Counted from the first letter of the stretch, positions 36,146-50,167 are shown. The stretch is DNA of 64,000 nt from Tubulanus polymorphus (GCF_964204645.1 NC_134029.1:1240001-1304000), one strand, 5' to 3'. Notes: generated from the sequence alone by a model not told the origin. Numbers and translations are program-made.

Positions 36146-37403
36146 GACCATCGCCATTTTAAATTCACTCATGAAACGATTCGAATTCAGCGAACTTTTC
36201 AAAAGATATTTGTGATTAGTGAATTATTTCCATATTCGTTGATGATACTAATTAGACTTTAGCCAAAACGTTGTTCAAATATATATCGGTATACACTGCT
36301 GTTAATTCAGAACTTTAGGCTGAATTATTGCGGGATTTCTATCGTATGTTCATTTTACACTGATATTGTGTAATCTCTCGACCTATGACCTTAATTCTGT
36401 ACGTCTATGGTAACTATCAATCTGGACAGGGGCTCTTATTTGAAGTTTGGGGGTGAACTGTGACTTAAGGTCATCCGGTATCCTCGGTACAACTGGAACA
36501 GGACGGTAAAAATAATTCCTAATTTCGTTTTCTTTTGTTCCCAGAACACCACGGAATTTATATTGCAACAAAAATAAACTGATTCATTTATTTCCTTGAG
36601 CTCCCCTACCGACCGCTATGATAGCACTTGAAATTAATTAACATTTATTAAATGATCACTATCATCATCCTGTTTCCTCCGTTCCAGCAGATATTGCCGT
36701 TGATGACGATGACTCATCTGGAGCTGCCAAATTTAGACGAAGATGCAGCAATGAGAAAATCAAACGGTCGATGTATCCATGGTAACAAAGAGAAGCGTGG
36801 GAATATAATGTAACAGCGCCGTTCTGCAGCAATGCTTCCTGAATAAATGCTGATGCATATACAATCAGTTACTGACAGGGAACCTATTCGTTTTTCTATA
36901 AGTTGTTTTCGTATGCATGAATCGTGTAAGTATAAACATCATTTACATTTTCCCGTTATATTTCTACGCGTAGAAATATGTGTTCTTTTCGATAACCACA
37001 CTGTATAGGTAGGTATCTCGAGTCTACCATACTAGGGAATTCATATTTGGCTTATGCATTTTTTTTGGAAGAGACATATTTGCCATTGGACTACGCTTAT
37101 ACTTTAAGGTAATCTTGCGCTGAAAAGTCCCTAGTAGCCTATATACAGGATCAGACACATAAAGTAAAGTAGCTTTCTTGCGTGTATATTTTCCGATTCA
37201 ATTCTAGTAGTTTGTTTTTAACTGATATTAAGCCTCTACCAACAGTAACGCAACGAGACGATAAGCTGTGTGTCTATCTATCAGTGCAATTTCATACGTG
37301 GCTTACTTGTTTATACGTGTATATTTTGTCATTCAATTCTTTTGCTTTGTTTCATTGGGAGAATTTCTTTCACGTGTTTGACTTGTATTAAACTACACTT
37401 TAA

Positions 37404-37673
37404 TGTGTCTGTCCACTATCTGAATATCAAAAACCTTTAGCTAGGAAGAGAAACGAGTGGCGTTGTTTCCACCGATGCTATGATCGCTTTACAAAACTGA
37501 AACAGGTTTTCGAAATGTCTCATTGAAGAGCAACGAGACAAGACTATTGTGTCTGTCCGTTATCTGAATATTAAAAACCTTCAATCAGGAAGAGAAACGA
37601 GTGACGTTGTTTCCAAATCGATGCTATGAGCTTTTTTACAATACTGAAACAGGTTTTCGAAATGTCTCATTGA
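37404..37673. repeat. Tandem duplication of ~125 bp upstream of the glycosyltransferase
   Basis: 37404-37526 and 37548-37673 share TGTGTCTGTCC...GGAAGAGAAACGAGTG...ACTGAAACAGGTTTTCGAAATGTCTCATTGA. Confidence 0.85.
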
Positions 37674-37862
37674 GTTGAGTCGAAACGCTAAGCGAAAATA
37701 TACTCGTAGGTGCATCTTAATTGTGGGGTTTTTTTAAGACCACCGTCCGTTACGTTGACTCAACTACGTATTAAGAAGACACATATTGACTGTATTTGGT
37801 TAATGAAACAAATTCTATTGAATTCTCGTTTTATTTTCCAGAATTGATAACAGGAATGCGCG

Positions 37863-39227
37863 ATGTTGTGCGATATTTTATTGCGAGGAAGAGGATCGCG
37901 CAAATATATCCGATGTTTCGCGCTATTGGGAATACTGTGTATGGTGATTATTTTACTGTTGCGGCGCTCGTCTAGCCGACGAAACCCGGGCGGAAAAACT
38001 GTCAAACTAATCAAAGATCCCGAATCCTACCCGACACAATGGAAATACATGTTCAACGATGAGTTGTTGGTATTTTCGGCATTTTCAGTCGACGCGCGCA
38101 CGAATGACCCGTATATCAGAGCTTTCGGATTGATTTCGAATAAATTCGACGATCTGTCCCCGTATTATTGCGTAGTTAACTATAGGCAAAACGGAAAGTT
38201 TTGCCCGACGAAAAGACAACGCCTAAAAATGCAGGAAATAGATTCTGAAAATCGGGGCTGGGCCTTCTTCCCGGTTTCTCTGAAATGTCCATTCGCGAGA
38301 GGAATGGATCCGGTATCGATAACTATAATAAAAGATTTGAACGATTGTCGTGAAAAGGATAACCTAGCTTGGGTCAAGGTCACCGAAACAGAGGCTCGAA
38401 CCGACGTAAAATTGAAAGATTTCGGGCTGTGTATTTTACCACCCGAAGGATTCGAAAGCGTCGGTCAGATTTTAGAAGTGATGGAACTGAACAGAATTTT
38501 AGGCGCCGATTTGATACTTTTGTACGACCAGGCGTGGAGAAAAACCGACCAGATCGTGCTCGCTTTACAGCATTATCTGAAAAGTGGAATTCTCGATATC
38601 GTCGACTGGCATCTTCCGTTAGACGCGCATGATAAGTTTCACCGACACGGTCAAACTGTGTTCCTAAACGACTGTCTTTATCGATTGAAGAATAAAGTGA
38701 AATACGTCGTGTATACGGACGTTGACGAGTTTCTAGTTCCGCTGAAACACTCCGATTGGCCGTCGATGATGGCGTATTTAGAACCCACTAACAAACACGT
38801 CGCTTCGTATCGAGTCGATGACTTGTATATGTTAGTTAAAGACCCAGCCGACAGGTGGCGGTGTAAAGACGAAACGGGTATAGAAAAGTTGACTTTCGAA
38901 TCCGAGGACGTGTGTCCTATGGTGCTGTCACATACCCTCGTCTTGCAGAGCAAGTTCTCCTACCCGTCTCACTCCAGATGTATTCTTCGTCCGGATAAAG
39001 TAAATCTCGTAACTGTTGATAAAAGTATCGAAACAATACCGGGTTTTACCGATAAAACGTTAAGTCGTGATTTAGTCGTTAGTTTCCACTACATCGACGA
39101 AGAGGAGGCGAAATGGTGGTTAGGCGACGAGTCGTTGATAAGCGCGAAAAAATACATGTATATGTTCGAATATAAGGAGGAACTGATAGCGTCGATTAAA
39201 GAAAATCTGAAACATTGGGACACGTAA
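37863..39227 (+). CDS. Glycosyltransferase family 92 (galt-1-like), type II membrane, single coding exon
   Basis: 454 aa; N-terminal TM anchor; VFSAF, E.MELNRILGA, GQTVFLNDCLYR, YVVYTDVDEFLVP (DxD) and HY motifs typical of GT92. Confidence 0.85.
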   Translation: MLCDILLRGRGSRKYIRCFALLGILCMVIILLLRRSSSRRNPGGKTVKLIKDPESYPTQWKYMFNDELLVFSAFSVDARTNDPYIRAFGLISNKFDDLSPYYCVVNYRQNGKFCPTKRQRLKMQEIDSENRGWAFFPVSLKCPFARGMDPVSITIIKDLNDCREKDNLAWVKVTETEARTDVKLKDFGLCILPPEGFESVGQILEVMELNRILGADLILLYDQAWRKTDQIVLALQHYLKSGILDIVDWHLPLDAHDKFHRHGQTVFLNDCLYRLKNKVKYVVYTDVDEFLVPLKHSDWPSMMAYLEPTNKHVASYRVDDLYMLVKDPADRWRCKDETGIEKLTFESEDVCPMVLSHTLVLQSKFSYPSHSRCILRPDKVNLVTVDKSIETIPGFTDKTLSRDLVVSFHYIDEEEAKWWLGDESLISAKKYMYMFEYKEELIASIKENLKHWDT

Positions 39228-40971
39228 TGAGGATTAAGAAAAATAATGCCTTGGTTTTCCTGATCGGCCGGGTCATTTTAAAAACCGGAAAAATTTGTAA
39301 TCAGTTCTTTTCAATAGCTGCCGAATCTGTTAGCTTGATCACGATGTCCACGGTAGATAGGCGGTTGACTGACTTTTTTGAGACGCTCCCTTGGTTGATA
39401 CGTTTTGTGTGCGGAGACACTCCCTTGGTTGAATTAATGATCTCAAATTCGAATCATTTTTACGAGTTCATTTTCAGAAATGTCTTTGATTTCAGTAGAG
39501 GAAAGCGGAATAAGTAACTAAGCTACAATTAATCTGAGGGTTTCGATAATTGATAAAAGCATAATCCGTATATATGAATAGTTATTTGTTTTCGCTAATC
39601 ATTTCTATACGGGTGGGGTTTTCAAACATTCCATAGTTATGCATGGTCTCATTATCTTCTCTGATATCATAGGAAGTTCAATAATATTCGGTGCTGCACT
39701 CGCTTTGTACGATTATATATTATACATTATATACCACACACTTCGTGCGATATTGTGTGTTTTAATAAGATAAAAGGCGCTGAACGAAGCGTAAATTGAG
39801 ATTTCATCTTTTGGCCTGGAGCCGCTTTTAGTTTCACAATTTCACACACCCTGTACATGCGTAATCACTCAATCGATAAACGTATCTATGCACAATATTC
39901 AAAAACCCTAAAAAATATGAACATGAATAAATGAATGATTATTTTATGCATAAATGATTGTGTTTGCTCGAAGGGGATTCTACGTCACTTGCATTCGCAG
40001 TCTCGGAATTTATTCCGTTTTGACTGATATTTTTCACAAGAGAAACGATCATAAGTTTAGTCGAAACTGTTAAAATCATCAACTTTAGGTTTGAATTTTG
40101 AAATACTGAGATAAATACTCGAGTCTACCAGTCATTAGTGTAGCGTGTCTGTACGATTCACACCACTTACATTTCTCAATAGGTTTATTTCGTTTGGAAG
40201 ACGTGAAATCAGTTTCAATAACTTGTAGTGTTCTGTATGAAACCAATAAATTCATTTATCAAGTTTTATCGTTTGTGTTTGATGTTCGTAAAAGCGAATT
40301 GATTTTTACATTTATGGCGGTTCATTCACCTGATGAAGCTACTACCTGTATACATTTAGTAGCGAAAGCTCGTGCGTCAAATTAGTACTACTCGTCTCAT
40401 TCGTAACGAAATAATTCTTTTCAATATTATGTCATCAAGTCCGAACCTGTTGAAAATGAGTCAAGCCCGAGATACAACAACAACGATTTTAAGATGTACA
40501 TTCAGTATTTTATATTTTCTTATTCAAACATTTTTCCAAAAATACAGGATGAAAGAAGATTAATACAACCTACAGTAGAACTCATTTCAGTTTTCGTCAG
40601 ATAATTTTTCACATAACTGGAGTCATTTTCGGCCCGGAATCTGTATTTCAAACTCATTTCATAAAGTGTAATGTCTTTATTTGAATTCAAATCATCAACA
40701 AAATGATCGTCCCAATAACGATGACTTGAGCAGCGGGTTTCACGATACTTGTATTCAACACAACGCATTTTCTGCTATATCAGTCTTATGTATTATATGT
40801 GTAAAGAGCGACACTGTTCATAGAATCAATTATCTCATACAGAGATATTCAATAAGTCGAGTACAGCGCGGTGTCTTCCATACAAATTAGAACATCAATA
40901 GCTCAGATCAGAATACACGTAATATCTGCATCAATAATAATCACACAATCCACCGGTGATTATAACACAGC

Positions 40972-43900
40972 TCACACCTGATTCAACATGGCCGCCAATA
41001 ATTCATACTGAAAATAAAACAATTCATTATACGTACTACATTTAGAAAGATACCATTCATAACTTTAAAATTTATTGTAGAAAAACAGGTAAAAAAGAAC
41101 AGCGAATTCATTGCTTAATTCGTCGTAGGTGTGCGAATCATTTTTTTGACAACTCATCCAAATTACGACTTACAACTAGCAAATTGAATTATAAATCCAA
41201 ATTGGGATTCCAGAAACTTATCAAAATGAGAACTAAAGCGAGTTTGACCTCAACATTGTAGCGAATATTTACCTCTTTCTGCTTTTCTTGTTCTTCATGA
41301 ATCAATTCATCCAGAACGTCTTGGAATCTTTGCTGAAACACAAACACAACATTCAATAAATTTCCGACGATTGAATTTCTAAATGAGATTCAGCGAATTC
41401 TATTATTACCCGTAAAGCCAGATTATCAATGGCTGAGATTTCTGCCTCTTGTTTCTGGCGCTGTTCTTTTAATTCTTGAAGCTGTTGACCCAATTCTGAC
41501 AATTTCATCTCCAACTCAGCTACGGAAAAACAAAGAAATAAATCTGTTTTAAAATCATTTCTTACGGATTAAGAATTTCAGATTCGTGTTTATGATTCTT
41601 ACTGTTATCGACCGACATTTGTGATACATCGAGGTCGTCAGTTTGTGGAACGGTTTCATCTCTTACAGCCCCTCCTCCTTCTTCATCATCTTCACTATCC
41701 ATAATATTCACATCTTTATCATCATCTTCCTCTTCACTACTGCTCACTTCACCGAATATATGCTCAGCTATGGAAACAAATGGACATTAATAATAAAACT
41801 CGAGAATGAACCAAAGGAGTTAAGATCCCTAGAACTCAATTCGGATCTTTTGACTTGAGAGTGATATCTGAGTTTGATCGTACAGTAGACTCCGCTCAAG
41901 TCTGATCTTTTGACTTGAGAGTGATATCTGAGTTGGATGGTACAGTAGACTCCGCTCAAGTCTGATCTTTTGACTTGAGAGTGATATCTGAGTTTGATGA
42001 TACAGTAGACTCCGCTCAAGTCTGATCTTTTGACTTGAGAGTGATATCTGAGTTGGATGGTACAGTAGACTCCGCTCAAGTCTGATCTTTTGACTTGAGA
42101 GTGATATCTGAGTTTGATGATACAGTAGACTCCGCTCAAGTCTGATCTTTTGACTTGAGAGTGATATCTGAGTTTGATGATACAGTAGACTCCGCTCAAG
42201 TCTGATCTTTTGACTTGAGAGTGATATCTGAGTTTGATGATACAGTAGACTCCGCTCAAGTCTGATCTTTTGACTTGAGAGTAATATCTAAGTTTGATGA
42301 CACAGAAGACTCCGCTCAAGTCTGATCTTTTGACTTGAGGGTTATATCTGAGTTGGATGGTACAGTAGACTCCGCTCAAGTCTGATCTTTTGACTTGAGA
42401 GTTATATCTGAGTTGGATGGTACAGTAGACTCTGCTCAAGTCAGATCTTTTGACTTGAGAGTTATATCTGAGTTGGATGATACAGTAGGAAAAAATAAGT
42501 CCGGCTTGAGAACTTCATGTTTTGTTGGTCGAGCTGATAAGATCTGATTGGAGCAGAGTCTATTGAAGCAGTGATTAGTATATTTTACCGAGGTTAGTGC
42601 TGCTGTCAGCGTGAGATATTACACTCGGTTCATTCGTTGTTTCTCCTTTTAATCTTTCACCGGGAGCCGAATCATCGTCATAAATTATTTCCCATTTAAC
42701 ATCAATAGCTTCGTTATCAGCGCGGAATAAACGCTTCACTTCCTTCTCAATATCCGGCTGTTCTGTGTACTAGAAACAATAATCAGTGAAAATACTGCGA
42801 TAGAGAGGAGGGTGGCATTATTACCCAAATAAACTGAAGGGACACATCATTACGGTATCCAGGCAAACTGACATCATTCAAATAAACATCATAAGTAAAT
42901 TACCACATGAAAATCCCATTAAAACTTACATTTTTCTGTAGAGTTTTTCTGAATCGTTTTTTTCTGACGTTTTTTAGGGGTGGAGTAACTGAAATAATAA
43001 CAGTATGTTTAATACAGAGAGCGTACTGTGCAGGTACACGGTGTACTACTGTGCAGGTACATGGTGTACTACTGTGCAGGTATAAGGTGTACTACTGTGC
43101 AGGTACACGGTGTACTACTGTGCAGGTACACGGTATACAACTGTGCAGGTACACGGTGTACTACTGTGCAGGTACACGGTGTACTACTGTGCAGGTACAC
43201 GGTGTACTACTGTGTACCCGGTAGGTACACGGTGTACTACTGTGCAGGTACACGGTGTACTACTGTGCAGGTACACGGTGTACTACTGTGTACCCGGTAG
43301 GTACACGGTGTACAACTGTGCAGGTACACGGTGTACTACTGTGCAGGTACACGGTGTACTACTGTGCAGGTACACGGTGTACTACTGTGTACCCAGTAGG
43401 TACACGGTGTACTACTGTGTACCCAGTAGGTACACGGTGTACTACTGTGCAGGTACACGGTGTACTACTGTGTACCCGGTAGGTACACAGTGTACTTCTG
43501 TGTAACCGGTAGGTACACGGTGTACTACTGCGCAGGTACACCGTGTACTACTGTGCAGGTACACGGTGTGCGTGGTGTTCTATAGGCCTAATACTGACGT
43601 CCGTGAGGATAGCGAAATTTTCTATCTTTATCTTTGTCTTTTTTCGATTGAGTTTCTTCATCAGCGCTGTCACTTGTATCAGCATCTTCTTTACACAATA
43701 ACATCTAAAACACAAACACACACGTACATTAAACACTTGATCCAGTTTCACAGTTCAGGAATCATCCGAGGTTTTAAATCGGTTCATTAGTCAAATTTCA
43801 ACCCAGAAAATTCTGTGGATCTAGGTCCTGAATATATCAGTGATTTCAATATTTACCTGGCAAATATCAGCAGTTTTATAAAATGTTTTTTTATCCGTGG

Positions 43901-44800
43901 TTTTTAGACATTCAGTAATACAGGGAAGATCGTGCAACTAAAAAGAAAGTTAGAAAAGTACAAATAACTTCTAATTGAGACCCTCTGTGGCAAGCGAGGA
44001 TGATTCAGTCTGTGGCAAGCGAGGATGATTCAACCTGTGGCAAGCGAGGATGACTCAACCTGTGGCGAGTGAGGATGCGAGTAGCGGTACTTACAGTAGC
44101 TTTCAGATATTGTCCCCCATAACGAACGCGTCCAACTCTTTTATCAAGCGGTACTTCTATCGTTAATTTATCTTTTAAATTCATCGAACCACTTTGTATA
44201 TCGTGTTTCAAAGCTAAAGCCGGACCCTGTGAATATAGAAAACATTTATCGATCCATCAACATAACAATATTCCTCACTGGACACGGATTTGAAGACTCC
44301 TACAGCACAAAATCCTGTGCAATCTCGTGATGCTATCTATCAATCATCAGGGATCAGGTCCCAGGATCAAGATCCCCCAGAAAAAAGTATCTATCTTGTT
44401 GGGACCTCCAAATTACTGAGATGACACAATTTACAATAATGTATGTACGTGGTGTAAATGCTGAATGCGGACAGATGGAGAGATGAGAAATGTTCACAGA
44501 TGAATAAACTGTCAGTCAGTATTTGATACTTACAATCGGCATCCGTAAAATGAATTGTTGTTCTAAATCGAATGCGTCATCTTTCCTCTGAACCTGAGAG
44601 GGTCCAGCTCCGATCTGATGATGAGCGGATGAGAGTTTACCGGGAGGTCGACCAACTGTACCACCTCCTTCCCTTTTACCTCCTCGACTCTTACCCCCGA
44701 ATACTCCTCCTCCTTTCTTTTTCGATCCTTGGTTTTTACTCTTGAACGGAATTTTCTTTTTTATAAATAACGGGAATTTCATGCCTTTATTTCCAGACAT
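40972..44800 (-). CDS. TAF7: Transcription initiation factor TFIID subunit 7
   Basis: Exons 44534-44800, 44095-44226, 43857-43937, 43599-43704, 42930-42988, 42589-42769, 41603-41767, 41410-41519, 41273-41332, 40972-41007; motifs LEQQFILRMP, DLPCITECLKTTDKKTFYKTADICQML, PHGLTPPLKNVRKKRFRK, DIEKEVKRL; C-terminal coiled coil. Confidence 0.95.
41844..42488. repeat. 60-bp minisatellite (~10.7 units) in a TAF7 intron
   Basis: Unit TACAGTAGACTCCGCTCAAGTCTGATCTTTTGACTTGAGAGTGATATCTGAGTTKGATGR, nearly identical copies. Confidence 0.97.
43023..43569. repeat. 23/30-bp minisatellite in a TAF7 intron
   Basis: Units TGTACTACTGTGCAGGTACACGG and variant TGTACTACTGTGTACCCRGTAGGTACACGG. Confidence 0.97.
43985..44078. 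repeat. 25-bp minisatellite (~4 units) in a TAF7 intron
   Basis: CTGTGGCAAGCGAGGATGAYTCARY repeated. Confidence 0.9.
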
Positions 44801-46127
44801 TTTCAATATTCATTTATTTGTATTTGTTTGGTTATTTTTGGTCAATGTTGAGATGACATTTCGACAAATCTAGTAACAAACCCTAAAGTGCGGATTTGGC
44901 TTCATAACTAAAATGCGGATTTGGTACATGAATAAAATGAGGATTCGGCATCGATTTGAAAATCACTTGCGGACAGGAGGATGCTGGGTCCCAACTGGTT
45001 ATAATCGACTATCCAGATGCTACTGACGACTTAGGATCGCGACTTTCAAGACCTCGTTGCCCAATCTGTGACGCCGGCAATCACGAGTTGCAGGCGGGGT
45101 AGTTAGTTACCTAATCGTTGGTGGTAAGCTTTTTATAATCGGATGGGCTTATACCAACGTTAGGGATGACAAGGACCAAAACACGGTTGAAAAAAGTAAC
45201 ACTTCAAAAATATACTTTCTATTCACTTCAGTCTACAATTAATGGCTTAATTCACAAACTAACACAGGTACCTTTCGAAATAATCCAATTTTATGTATGT
45301 TTCGAGTGATTAATCAACATTATTTTGAGAAATTAATTAATTTCTCCACAAATTTCGCCATTGGCCGCCATTTCTCTGTATTGCACATGTGGCATGATAA
45401 GACAAGGGGACCTACAAGGATTTATATAAAACTTCCAAGACGAAACGACAATTTTTATTTTTGATGGTTTTCCAACTTGTATTTCAAATCTTCGTGTTTT
45501 CCATAACGAATAATGAAACAATAAATTTCTGGTAAAAGAAAAATGTGTATAAGTGTTGATTTCTTCATTTTTTTAAATTTCGTCGTTTCGCTTCGTTAGT
45601 TTGTGCTGTTGTCCTGGCCTCAGTCCACAGGTGCCAGCACCTCCAGTAATTTTCAAAATGGCAGCTGTTGACTGGACGGAAATTTACTCTCACTTTACGG
45701 CCGATTTGCACATGGATTAAGATCGTCAGGTGAGGTGTTATAGGTATCAGACAAACTACGAATCTGTTGTGCGTCGATTACAACAAAAATTAGACAGATA
45801 TCTTAAGAGACAATGAAATGCCAGGCAAATTACTCGTCAGTCAAATTGGCTGACGAAGATTTCATACAAAAATGACCTTCCCATTCCTGACTGTGGTTTG
45901 TGAAAATATCCGATCGTGAAACTAAACCACAGACAGGTTACTGACTTACTGGCGGGGTTGACACCGAGTTTCCGTTGAAATCGAATGGAACTTTGATTGG
46001 CCGAATTGAACCAAAATAATTGATAGACTATTATCAAAAACAAAATAGAAATTTAAACACTTAAAGAGAAGTTTATTTCTAATCAATAGTATAATAATAG
46101 TAGAAAAGATTATTATTTGGAATGTAT

Positions 46128-48407
46128 TCAAGAACATTGCACTTGAAAAACTTTGACAGCTTTGTTTTCAGGATTTCTTACAGAGAATGGAAAATGACCA
46201 TCAAAACCATGACAGGCAGCACCTAAAATATCAATGAAACATTTTTATCACGCATTGAATTGAGAAAATCATGATACGATTCTCAATGTCTTCTAATGAA
46301 ATTACCGAAGTTTCCATTTATATCAGTAACAATTAAAGCACCACTAAATGATGGATACTTTTTAATAATAGGAAGAATTGCCATTCGCCCAGCTTCACTT
46401 GGAGTGTATCCTTGCTTTAGATATTCAACAGCCCTGAAACTGAAAACGACAGAAATTCATCCATCAAATCAAGGACTTTACGAGATTCATAAATACTGGC
46501 GCTACAAAAATACCTGGGAAGAAAACGCATCATGAGATCTCCATCACCAGTAGCTGCAGCTCCTCCAGCATCAGAATCCACATACACCCCTGCACCAGCA
46601 ATCGGTGAATCACCAACACGACTACAAACATCGATACAACAATTAAACACAGTAGACGCCGCTTGCCACCGAGCTGACTGCTATCGGATTATCTCCTGAC
46701 AAAATGTTTGAAATCTTCTTACTCCAGCACCCAGCAACAAAATCAAATCAGATGCAAGCACCACAGTCTACCGCATGTACAAATAAATATCACCTTGCAA
46801 TAGAATAAGTATCGGCAAGTTTTTAACTTAAGAGCCACTGTTGAGAAAAGTCGTACTGTCTACAATTCCTTACATTACTGTTAGATCGGGTAAATTTGTG
46901 CAACAATAAAATGAAACATACCCGGGTATTTTATGAATAGCACCGTTAGTTGAAGTACCGCCTGCTATTCTCTGTTTATCATCTATAACAATCATTCCTA
47001 TTGTATCGTGGTGACGTTCATCGGTGTGTTTATTATAACGAAGTGATTGTTCGAATTGTGCTGTACTAGGAGAGTACGGACCACATGACTTCAAAGGATC
47101 CGGCCTCACATTCTACAATATAAATCAACATTGTATTCATTATTGATTAAATGAATTTCAATTCTATGATTTCAGTTATCGGATGAAACTCACATGCCAG
47201 AAATTCGGTTGGCAATTTGAAGACTTCCATTTTTTCCATAAGGAAATAGATTCAGCAGTGCGTAAATCAGTTTCTTTAAAGCCTAATGAGATTGAGAATT
47301 GTGTCGCTAAAAAGATTAATAAAAACGATTCAGTCTCAGTCACAAATTGATAAGACTCAATTTCAAACCCGACTGTTTAGTTACAGTATAAGGCCCAGTT
47401 GCTCAGAGTTAACCAGTTGATAGTCAACATAATTAAAATTGATAGTTCATCGTTACTTTCGCATTCATCTGCCGATCATCTCAGAGCAACTGGTCCCTGG
47501 ATGCATAATTTGATACTGAATGAAATGAAAACAGGTATCAATCTGCAGCTCCAACCAATCCACTTCAGTGTGAAATGTGGACGATCAGTTTCTGAAAGTG
47601 TGCTGATAAAATGAGCTGCACATTGAGACTATGATGTATTCCGATAGTCAGTCCAGTTGATGAGGACTAACATGATACCGTACGTACCTGATTCGCCAAC
47701 AAGTAAAGTATGTTTAGTGTGTTTCATCACGGAACGAGCTACGGATATTGCTTGTTTTATTCTTCTCAGATCTCCAACTCCTCCGACATCATGAGTTTCA
47801 CTACAAAAAACATTCAAAATCATTAAGCAAAAAATTAACCATTTCTACAAATTCTAGTGTCAAAATTTTCATATTTTGGGTCCTCTGCTTCTAAATTTGC
47901 GGATTCTTTGTTCATGTAATTCTATCATTAGAAAAGTAACTTCAGATGATAATTGATGAAACAACCCACCCATCCATGATTACAGCATCTAGCGTTGTTT
48001 CTCCGCGTTCGTCGGGACTACCACCGAACCCTACTGATCCATCGCACTGTAAAATCTCACATACCGAACAACCGATCTCTACCGCATCCAGGTAATTACC
48101 AGACGATGATATCACGTTATTCCAAGCTGAAACAATCATCGTCATTTTCGTTTCGTTATAAACAACAATACAGCTTCATTTAATTGCATTGATCGAACTT
48201 ATACAATTATACTTCCGGGTTTGGAAAAACAACCGATTAGTGAAAGAAAGACTATGGTTTTCTTATTTCATACGAACCGGCTTGAGTCGAGTTAGTAAAT
48301 GCCCACGTATTTATCACTAGAGGTAATCTGTGGGAAGTTTCAGAACTCAGTGAAGTCGAGAATATGACCAATAAAATCAAAATTCGAAAATCATTGGGCG
48401 CCGCCAT
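46128..48407 (-). CDS. AGA: N(4)-(beta-N-acetylglucosaminyl)-L-asparaginase (aspartylglucosaminidase)
   Basis: Exons 48278-48407, 47970-48126, 47688-47800, 47194-47306, 46922-47112, 46514-46621, 46306-46439, 46128-46222; signal peptide, [28 protein letters not shown], autocleavage HD|[28 protein letters not shown]. Confidence 0.96.
47393..47499. mobile_element. MITE-like element in an AGA intron
   Basis: TIR-like GGCCCAGTTGCTC / GAGCAACTGGTCC; similar termini near 27043-27143 and 56239-56325. Confidence 0.5.
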
Positions 48408-49966
48408 ATTGTTTACACGTGTTGCGTCAAAACATGTTGTCTATTGTCTAAATGTGAGAGAGCATTCATCAAGATAATACACTTTAGAGCTAAAATAAAT
48501 ACATGATAATCTATGGTTATTACAATTTACTGAAATTCAATTTTGAACTTAAAATCATAAATGTCAATGTAAATTCAGAGAACTTTATTGAGAATGTTTT
48601 CCCAGGCTTTTTAGCTAGAGTATGACAATAATTAGATTAGTGGAAAAGGGGCACCTTTCTCAAATTTCTTTGGGATATCGCCTCAGGACCCCTGTTACTA
48701 GCACTGATTAAAACAAACAACAAAGAACAAGCTTTGAATCAGTAGAGTGCCGCAGGGCGTTATGGCATACACGTGTTCGAATTCTTATAGTGTGTTTTTA
48801 AAAACTGGGTCATGTCAGTAGTGTGGAAACAGAAATGTCTATGGTTGAAATATCGGCGTGAAGTTTTTGAAGCGGGAATGCGATGTCTACGCGGGCCAGG
48901 TTGCGGAAAACTTAATTAGAAATCTCATCCATCGGGTTATAATCTCCTCGCCGCGAAAACAGTGGTTTTTGCTCCCAATCCTCACACGTAGACTTTTTAT
49001 TGAAATCGACGATTACGTCACCAGTCAACAGAGCAAAAAAAAACAATCAGCTAAACTAATTAAATTTAACTTATAAATAATATATTTTCTAAAATGTCAA
49101 TATTTACTACAGTCATCCTAAAAACTATATTTACAATAATTTATCAAACAACAAACACCGGACAATCATTTGATCGGAATATTTTCACATACAAAGAAAA
49201 TGCAACAATTATAATCAACATAATTATTCCACAACTCGGAAAGATTTGTGGAAGAACGACATAAAACTATGGGAAGAATAGATTAATGAATACCTTTTCA
49301 TTTAAAGCCAACTGTATCACATATACGATATATTTGATTATCAATACTTGTGCGAGTAAAACTATAACTCAAAACTTAACCAGCTCTCAAATAGACTACC
49401 AGGGTTTCACTTAACCCTAAATGGTCCCTTAATCGAAAATCTGGGGCCAACGTTCACAAAAACGTTTTTTAACACTTAAATAGATTTGATTTCTGCATTT
49501 TTCAGCTTATCTTTTCTCGAGTCAACTGATTTTTTACTGGATTGAATACAAACAATTCCTGAGCAACTAGATACGACAAATACCAATGAATGATTCATTA
49601 GATTCAGTCGAAAATGTTCAAATGAATAGATTCTAAATTACCTACTGGTAATTCTATGTTTAATATACATGTATAACGCAGCAGGATATCGAAACAATAA
49701 ATCACTTAATTTATCAATAAACCATTGATCGTCATCATACAATTATTGTAAGCCAAACATTCTGCTTTAATCAATATAATACATGAATATATATAAACGT
49801 CTTTGTCATATAAATATTTTGATTGGCTTTGATTGATTGATTGATTGATTGACTGATTGATGATTAGAGAAAAAAAATGTTATTCCATACAGAATAGTAA
49901 ATATATGTACAAAAATACCTCACTACATCGTAACTGAGTATTGAATGATCAGTTAGTGATTACACA

Positions 49967-50127
49967 GGGGATCATTCATTCATTACGTACGCATAAAATT
50001 TGAATTTTTCAACCCCCCTCCCCCTCTGTACGCAAAATCGGCCATTTTTTCATATACATTAAGCATTACAGTACGCACTGACCCCTCCCCCTCCCCTAAT
50101 GCGTACGTAATAAATGAATGATTTTTA
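49967..50127. mobile_element. Tourist/PIF-like MITE
   Basis: TIRs ATCATTCATTCATTACGTACGCA / TGCGTACGTAATAAATGAATGAT with internal C-rich tracts. Confidence 0.7.
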
Positions 50128-50167
50128 GGTAAAATCCCAGCAGAAGTTCAATTTGAGTCGATGGTCA

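Noticed and set aside
34775-36149. GGTCC(C)ATTATAATCTT inverted pair as TIRs enclosing otopetrin exon 1
   Set aside because: Only ~15 AT-rich nt, no TSD, and no partner found for the other repeat copy.
37404-37700. Hammerhead ribozyme in the tandem duplication
   Set aside because: No intact CTGANGA...GAAA core with supporting stems.
41520-41565. 46-nt TAF7 intron using donor 41565
   Set aside because: Wrong phase; the donor at 41602 restores the frame.
41768-42439. 223-aa repetitive ORF
   Set aside because: Read-through of the 60-bp intronic minisatellite; it has no ATG start and lies in a TAF7 intron whose flanking exons join in phase.
41844-43569. CRISPR-like arrays
   Set aside because: Contiguous tandem units without unique spacers; eukaryotic intron; no cas genes.
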